In this document: piece after piece, positions 58,904 through 64,000 of the stretch | Numbering within the stretch: position 1 is the first letter of the stretch | How the letters are laid out: each line of letters begins with the position of its first letter | Origin: an uncultured Actinomycetota bacterium | GTDB taxonomy: Bacteria; Actinomycetota; Actinomycetes; CAVWCF01 | Length of the DNA stretch: 64,000 nucleotides | Direction of reading: 5' to 3' | Assembly (NCBI GenBank): GCA_963753435.1 | Contig: CAVWCF010000001.1 | Span: forward strand, 928,001-992,000 | Notes under the pieces: generated by a model | Database searches by the model: none | What the model saw: the letters and a program-made list of their open reading frames with translations, nothing else | What the model was told of the DNA's origin: nothing | Position numbers and translations under genes: made by a program

Positions 58904-60430
58904 TCAGACCGGTGTGACCGGATGCCGCCGCTGGCTGAAGTTCCGGTGCCGACCGCGAGCGGCCTCGAAGCGGGCGATGAGCTCCTCCCGCAGATCCTCC
59001 GGCAGGACCACCGCATCGACCACCAACTCCGCGGCCAATCGCAAGAGGTCGATGTCCGCCTCGTACTCGGCGCGGCGCTCGGCGATGAAGGCCGCGCGAT
59101 CCGATTCGTCCTCCATCTCGGCGATCTTCTTGGCGTAGACCGCGTTTACGGCTGCCTCGGGACCCATCACCGCGATGGAGGCTGTCGGCAGTGCCAGCGT
59201 GGCGTCCGGGTCGAACGCCGGGCCCGACATGGCATACAGACCCGCTCCGTAGGCCTTGCGCACAATGACGCTGATCTTGGGCACCGTGGCCTCGGCCACC
59301 GCGCTGATCATCTTCGCCCCGTGCCGGATGATCCCCTGGCGCTCGACGGCGCTGCCCACCATGAAGCCCGGCACGTCCGCCAGGAAGAGCAGCGGCACAT
59401 TGAACGCGTCACAGGTACGAATGAATCGCGCCGCCTTGTCCGCAGAATCGACGAACAGCACGCCGCCCTTGTGCATGGGGTTGTTCGCCACGACGCCCAC
59501 CACCTGCCCGTCCAGGCGGCCCAACCCGACGACGAGTTCCCGGGCCCACAGTTCCTGGATCTCCAAGAACGATCCGGCATCAACAACGCCGTCGATCAGG
59601 TCGTGAACGTCCCAGGCGGCCCGCTCCGAATCCGGGATGAGCCCCGCTAGATCGGTGCGCTCCGGCGGCGCCGGACTCGTCCGCGGCGGCGGTTGGGTCC
59701 AGTTGGCGGGCAGGTACGACAGATACCGGCGGACTACGGCCAGCGCCGCGGCCTCGTCGGGGCAGAGGAAGTGACCCAGGCCGGACACGCTGCAGTGCAT
59801 GCGCGCTCCGCCCATCTCCTCCAGCGTCGTGACCTCACCGGTCACCATCTCGACCATGCGATCGGAGCCCAGGTACATGGAGGCGTTGCCCTCGACCATC
59901 GCCACGACGTCGCAGAAGGCGGGGATGTACGCGCCACCGGCGGCGCTGGGACCGAACAACGCGCAGACCTGCGGAACGGCGCCCGAGGCGCGCACCTGCT
60001 CGTGGAAGATCCGACCGGCCCCGCGGCGACCCGGGAACAACTCGACCTGGTCGGTGATGCGGGCCCCAGCGGAGTCGACCAGATACACCATCGGCACCCC
60101 AGTGGCATAGGCGCGCTCGATGATCCGAATGATCTTCTCGACGGTTCGCGCACCCCACGAGCCGGCCTTCACCGTGGAGTCGTTGGCCATCAGGCAGACC
60201 GGACGACCTTCGACCCGGGCCGTACCGGTCACCACTCCGTCGGCCGGTAACCCGTCCGCATGCGCGTTGGCCAGCAGGCCGTCTTCCACGAAAGTGCCAG
60301 GGTCGATCAGAGATTCGATGCGATCTCGGGCAAAGGACTTGTTCTTGGCGCGATTCGCGGAGTGGTAGCGCTCCTCACCCCCGGCCCGAGCGCGCGCGGC
60401 CAGGTCGCGCCAAACTGTCTCGTCCACCAT
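58904..60430 (-). CDS. Acyl-CoA carboxylase beta (carboxyltransferase) subunit, MCC-like
   Basis: ANDSTVKAGSWG, LVDSAGARI, GPSAAGGAY, EEMGGA, DVPGFMVG..E..GIIRHGAK, RKAYGAG. Confidence 0.9.
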   Translation of the reverse strand: MVDETVWRDLAARARAGGEERYHSANRAKNKSFARDRIESLIDPGTFVEDGLLANAHADGLPADGVVTGTARVEGRPVCLMANDSTVKAGSWGARTVEKIIRIIERAYATGVPMVYLVDSAGARITDQVELFPGRRGAGRIFHEQVRASGAVPQVCALFGPSAAGGAYIPAFCDVVAMVEGNASMYLGSDRMVEMVTGEVTTLEEMGGARMHCSVSGLGHFLCPDEAAALAVVRRYLSYLPANWTQPPPRTSPAPPERTDLAGLIPDSERAAWDVHDLIDGVVDAGSFLEIQELWARELVVGLGRLDGQVVGVVANNPMHKGGVLFVDSADKAARFIRTCDAFNVPLLFLADVPGFMVGSAVERQGIIRHGAKMISAVAEATVPKISVIVRKAYGAGLYAMSGPAFDPDATLALPTASIAVMGPEAAVNAVYAKKIAEMEDESDRAAFIAERRAEYEADIDLLRLAAELVVDAVVLPEDLREELIARFEAARGRHRNFSQRRHPVTPV

Positions 60431-60436
60431 GCCTCC

Positions 60437-61864
60437 TCACCCCGCTACTGCAACTGCCAGCAGCGCCTTCAGCGCGATGGCGACTTCCGCCCCCGGCCCC
60501 TGCTCGGGCAGGAGTACCTCGGCCATCAGGTCGCCGACAACGGCCACAGCAACGCGATCGACGCCCCGGGCAGCCGCCAGCGGCGGGTCCGCGGTCAGGA
60601 GCACGCCCGCTTGCCGGGCTTGGACCATCCAGGGCGCGCTGGCCGGAGCCGGGACCACCGCATCCAGCCGCAGGCCGGCTGCGCCCGGAGCGCCACCGTC
60701 GCCAGAAGCACCGGCCCCGCCATCGAACGGGTGCGCGGCCCCCGCGTCCAGAACCGAGAGCACCCACCCTTGGGCACCCGACTCCGCCGCAAGTACGGCG
60801 ACGGCCATAGCCGCGCGCGACCTTGGTTCGGAACCGGGCTTCATCTGGGCCATGCCTTCGCGCAGCCACTCCTCCGCACGCATACGGCTACGCCACCTAC
60901 GTCGATCCGCGCCACCGCTGGTGGGCTGGGCCAGCACCGGCTCGCGCGATCCCGCAGCCTTGGCTCGGTACTGCGCCGCGTCCACAGCGGCCAGCATGCT
61001 GCGCAGGCTCTCCCCCGGTGCCGCAACGGCGACCCCGAGTGCCGCGCTGGAGCCGTGCGGGACCTCACCCCAACGGCGGGCAATCGCCCGGGCGACTGCC
61101 ATGCCGGACTCGGCGTCGGCGTCCGGCACCACCACGCAGAACTCATCCCCACCCATCCGGCCGACTATCGCGTCGGAGTGCTGCTTGGCGGTATCCGACA
61201 GCACCGTCGCCACCCCGATCAGCGCCTCGTCTCCGGCGGCGTGGCCGCGGGTGTCGTTGATGTGCTTGAGCAGGTTGACGTCGGCCATCAGCAGCGCGAA
61301 TGGCCGTCCGGCGGCCAGCAGGTCCTCAACGGTTGCCTCCACCAGGCGGCGATTGCCGACGCCGGTTAGCGGGTCGGCCAAGGCGATTCGTTGGACCTGC
61401 TCGAGGTGCGCAACCTGCGACAGGCCGGCGGTGAGGATCCCGGAGAAGGCTTGAGCCAGCGGGAGATCCTCGGCATCGAAGGGCTGCTGTTCAGCATCGC
61501 GCCCGACAGCCAGCAGGCCCCAGGCCCGCCGTTTCGCGATGATCGGGACGACCAGGCCACTTGGCTCGCTGAGCAGGCACGCCGTGTCCGCCGCGGACAG
61601 TAGGAGCGGTCGCAATTCCAGCAGGACTCCGGTTGCGCAGGCGAGGTCCTCCGCGCGAACTGATTGGGCTGGCCGTTCGTTCGGCCTCGCGGCCAGGAGC
61701 AGCAACTCGTCTCCGTTGAGTTGCGCCGCCACCGCACTAGCGGCGTCGAACGTGAACCGCGCCTCGTCCACGGCGCCCTGCAACAACGCCGAAACGTCAC
61801 TGGCCCGGCCCAGCACCTCCGCCGCCCGAGCCAGGCTGATGACCGAGGGGCTCAGCGAACTCAG
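60437..61864 (-). CDS. GAF-GGDEF diguanylate cyclase with C-terminal extension (start CTG 61864 or GTG 61816)
   Basis: LVVPI..WGLLAV..PFDAEDL (GAF-like); DPLTGVGNRR, DVNLLKHINDTRGHAAGDEAL, GRMGGDEF, DAAQYRAK. Confidence 0.85.
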   Translation of the reverse strand: MSSLSPSVISLARAAEVLGRASDVSALLQGAVDEARFTFDAASAVAAQLNGDELLLLAARPNERPAQSVRAEDLACATGVLLELRPLLLSAADTACLLSEPSGLVVPIIAKRRAWGLLAVGRDAEQQPFDAEDLPLAQAFSGILTAGLSQVAHLEQVQRIALADPLTGVGNRRLVEATVEDLLAAGRPFALLMADVNLLKHINDTRGHAAGDEALIGVATVLSDTAKQHSDAIVGRMGGDEFCVVVPDADAESGMAVARAIARRWGEVPHGSSAALGVAVAAPGESLRSMLAAVDAAQYRAKAAGSREPVLAQPTSGGADRRRWRSRMRAEEWLREGMAQMKPGSEPRSRAAMAVAVLAAESGAQGWVLSVLDAGAAHPFDGGAGASGDGGAPGAAGLRLDAVVPAPASAPWMVQARQAGVLLTADPPLAAARGVDRVAVAVVGDLMAEVLLPEQGPGAEVAIALKALLAVAVAG

Positions 61865-62358
61865 GTCGTCCCCCGCCGGCGCAGGTCGTCCTCATCGTGC
61901 AGGCGGGCGATGTCCCGCTGGATCGTCTCCACATCCGGCACGTTGCGCATCACCAAGCCGCCCCGTTCACCAGCGGATTCGATGGAGATGGTCCCGCAAC
62001 CGAGGATCCGCTCGACCAGGCCGACCTCGAACTGCACGTCGTTCACCTTGCTCAGCGGCATGTCCCGCCCGGTGCGCCGGATCACGCCGGATCGCATGAT
62101 CACCCGCCGATTGGTAATCACGTATTCAGTCGTCAACCACTGGACGAGCGGAGTCAGGACCCACCAGACGAGCAGAACCAGGGCACCAATTAGCACCAGC
62201 CACTGCACGAAGCTGTTGTCACTGATTGCGTAGAGGTAGACCGCGAGGGGGATCAACACGACCGTGGCCAGTATCGGCACCGCCAGGAACTTCCAGTGCT
62301 GCCTCATCTCGTACTCGATCTCTTCGCCGCCGGTGAGCAGCTCCCTGGGGTAGGCCAT
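61861..62358 (-). CDS. Bacterial PH-domain membrane protein
   Basis: YPRELL..E..RQHWK, two TMs, [26 protein letters not shown]; conserved downstream of birA. Confidence 0.85.
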   Translation of the reverse strand: MAYPRELLTGGEEIEYEMRQHWKFLAVPILATVVLIPLAVYLYAISDNSFVQWLVLIGALVLLVWWVLTPLVQWLTTEYVITNRRVIMRSGVIRRTGRDMPLSKVNDVQFEVGLVERILGCGTISIESAGERGGLVMRNVPDVETIQRDIARLHDEDDLRRRGTT

Positions 62359-62433
62359 GTGGTCATCGTGGCACGCAGGGGGCGCCGCGACAGACGAATC
62401 CGGCGCTGTGTCGCTGGTCCGGAATCGTCCGGT

Positions 62434-63231
62434 TCAGCGGACGTGCGCGACGTCGCCCGCCGCCACGGCCACATCGTCACCGGATTCGGTTCCGGCCGCG
62501 GAGGTGCCACGCAGGACCAATCGGCCGTCTGCGTCGATGCCACTGGCGTGCCCGGTCAGGGGCTCGGCGCGACCAGGTACAGCCACGGACACATCGCGCC
62601 CCAGCGTCGAACAGTGCGCCCGGTACGAGCCGGCAAGCCCGCACGCCTCGGCATCGCCGGCGGCTTCGGCCCATCGCGCCAGCCATCGGTCCCAGGCCAA
62701 CAGCAGCGCCTCAGCGACCTGCGTCGTGCTGGCCGTGGCGCCAGCGGCGGCGAGGGAGATCGCCTCAGCGACGGACCCCGGAGCAGTGGCGACGTTCAGG
62801 CCAACACCGACAACCGCCCGCGCCGGCTCGGTGCGCTCGGCCAGGATCCCGGCGACTTTGCGGCCCTCGATCAGCACATCGTTGGGCCACTTAAGGCTGG
62901 CGTTGGGCACCCCCAAGGTGCGCACCGCCTCGACCGCGGCGACCCCCGTGAGCAGCGGCAGCCACCCCCAGCGGGCGGGTGGCACCGGCGGAGCCAGCAG
63001 GGCCGAGCAGGCCAGGCCCGCACCGGGTTCGCTGAACCACTGCCGACCCAGCCGGCCACGGCCGAGCGTCTGCGCCTGCGCCAGAAGGACCAGCCCGGGT
63101 GGCTCTTCGGCCCGCGCCAGCAGGTCGGCGTTGGTGGACCCGGTGCTGGGCACCACCTCTATCGCGCGGAAGTCGGTCCGTGGCAGGACCGACGCTCGCA
63201 GCGCGGACGCATCGATCGCCGCTTCGGACAC
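62434..63231 (-). CDS. birA: Biotin--[acetyl-CoA carboxylase] ligase (no HTH domain)
   Basis: [48 protein letters not shown]. Confidence 0.93.
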   Translation of the reverse strand: MSEAAIDASALRASVLPRTDFRAIEVVPSTGSTNADLLARAEEPPGLVLLAQAQTLGRGRLGRQWFSEPGAGLACSALLAPPVPPARWGWLPLLTGVAAVEAVRTLGVPNASLKWPNDVLIEGRKVAGILAERTEPARAVVGVGLNVATAPGSVAEAISLAAAGATASTTQVAEALLLAWDRWLARWAEAAGDAEACGLAGSYRAHCSTLGRDVSVAVPGRAEPLTGHASGIDADGRLVLRGTSAAGTESGDDVAVAAGDVAHVR

Positions 63232-63268
63232 GCCGATACGCTACGACGCCGACTCTCAAGGAGTGTGG

Positions 63269-64000
63269 ATGAGCGCCCAGCCCAGCCCCGAACTTCCCGA
63301 CCTGCACACGACCGCCGGCAAGCTGGCGCAGTTGCAGCACAAGGTCGACGAGGCGGTGCACGCCGGATCCGCCAAGGCCGTTGAAGCTCAGCACGCTCGC
63401 GGCAAACTCACCGCCCGCGAACGCATCGATCAACTGCTCGACGAGGGCTCGTTCGTGGAGCTCGACGCGTTCGCCCGACACCGCTCCACCAACTTCGGCA
63501 TGGACGCAAACCGCCCGTACGGCGACGGCGTGGTGACCGGCTACGGCACGGTGGACGGAAGACAGGTCTGCGTGTTCGCCCAGGACTTCACCGTCTTCGG
63601 CGGCTCGTTGGGTGAGGTGTTCGGCGAGAAGATCGTCAAGGTCATGGACTTGGCCCTGAAGATCGGTTGCCCGTTGATCGGCATCAACGACTCCGGCGGG
63701 GCGCGAATCCAGGAAGGCGTCGTCTCCCTGGGCCTGTACGGGGAGATCTTCCGGCGCAACACCTTGGCATCCGGCGTCATCCCGCAGATCTCGCTGGTCA
63801 TGGGGCCGTGTGCCGGTGGGGCGGTCTACTCCCCAGCGATCACCGACTTCACGGTGATGGTCGAAAAGACCAGCCACATGTTCATCACCGGGCCCGACGT
63901 AATCAAGACCGTCACCGGCGAAGAGGTCGCCTTCGAGGACCTGGGCGGGGCTCGGGCGCACAACTCGAAGTCGGGCGTGGCGCACTTCATGGCAGCCGAC
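63269..64000 (+). CDS. Acyl-CoA (propionyl-CoA) carboxylase beta subunit, AccD5/PccB-like (partial, runs off the edge)
   Basis: Hand-translated [78 protein letters not shown]; AAGGAG RBS; divergent from birA. Confidence 0.92.
   Translation, partial: MSAQPSPELPDLHTTAGKLAQLQHKVDEAVHAGSAKAVEAQHARGKLTARERIDQLLDEGSFVELDAFARHRSTNFGMDANRPYGDGVVTGYGTVDGRQVCVFAQDFTVFGGSLGEVFGEKIVKVMDLALKIGCPLIGINDSGGARIQEGVVSLGLYGEIFRRNTLASGVIPQISLVMGPCAGGAVYSPAITDFTVMVEKTSHMFITGPDVIKTVTGEEVAFEDLGGARAHNSKSGVAHFMAAD

Overview
High-GC actinobacterial chromosomal window with no rRNA, tRNA, CRISPR array or mobile element seen. It follows the conserved backbone mtrB-mtrA ... ahcY-manA-Trm112-PMM-DUF3499 ... whiB ... fbiC/fbiAB (F420) ... 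manC-TIGR03089 ... LCP ... purEK-gtrA-bPH-birA-accD. Between TIGR03089 and the acyl-CoA dehydrogenase/ugd/purE region lies a ~30 kb cell-envelope block (22.7-52.9 kb). It holds four secreted proteins with triple cell-wall-binding repeat 2 (CWB2)-like domains (LAS-type peptidase, SpoIID/LytB, Amidase_2, and an uncharacterised helical enzyme). It also holds a five-gene WbpA/B/E/D/I-like route to a 2,3-diacetamido-uronic acid, seven glycosyltransferase genes in partly duplicated modules, an O-acyltransferase, a Wzm/Wzt exporter and an LCP ligase with a GTCAC-N6-GTCAC (MtrA/GlnR-type) box upstream. The best candidate for an undescribed system is a CWB2/anionic-polymer surface-anchoring locus in an actinobacterium, paralleling Bacillus lytRABC-tua and C. 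difficile cwp/PSII. Other signals are pervasive leaderless starts, very compact bidirectional promoters and two probable CTG start codons. All family calls come from motif recognition by eye, not from database searches.
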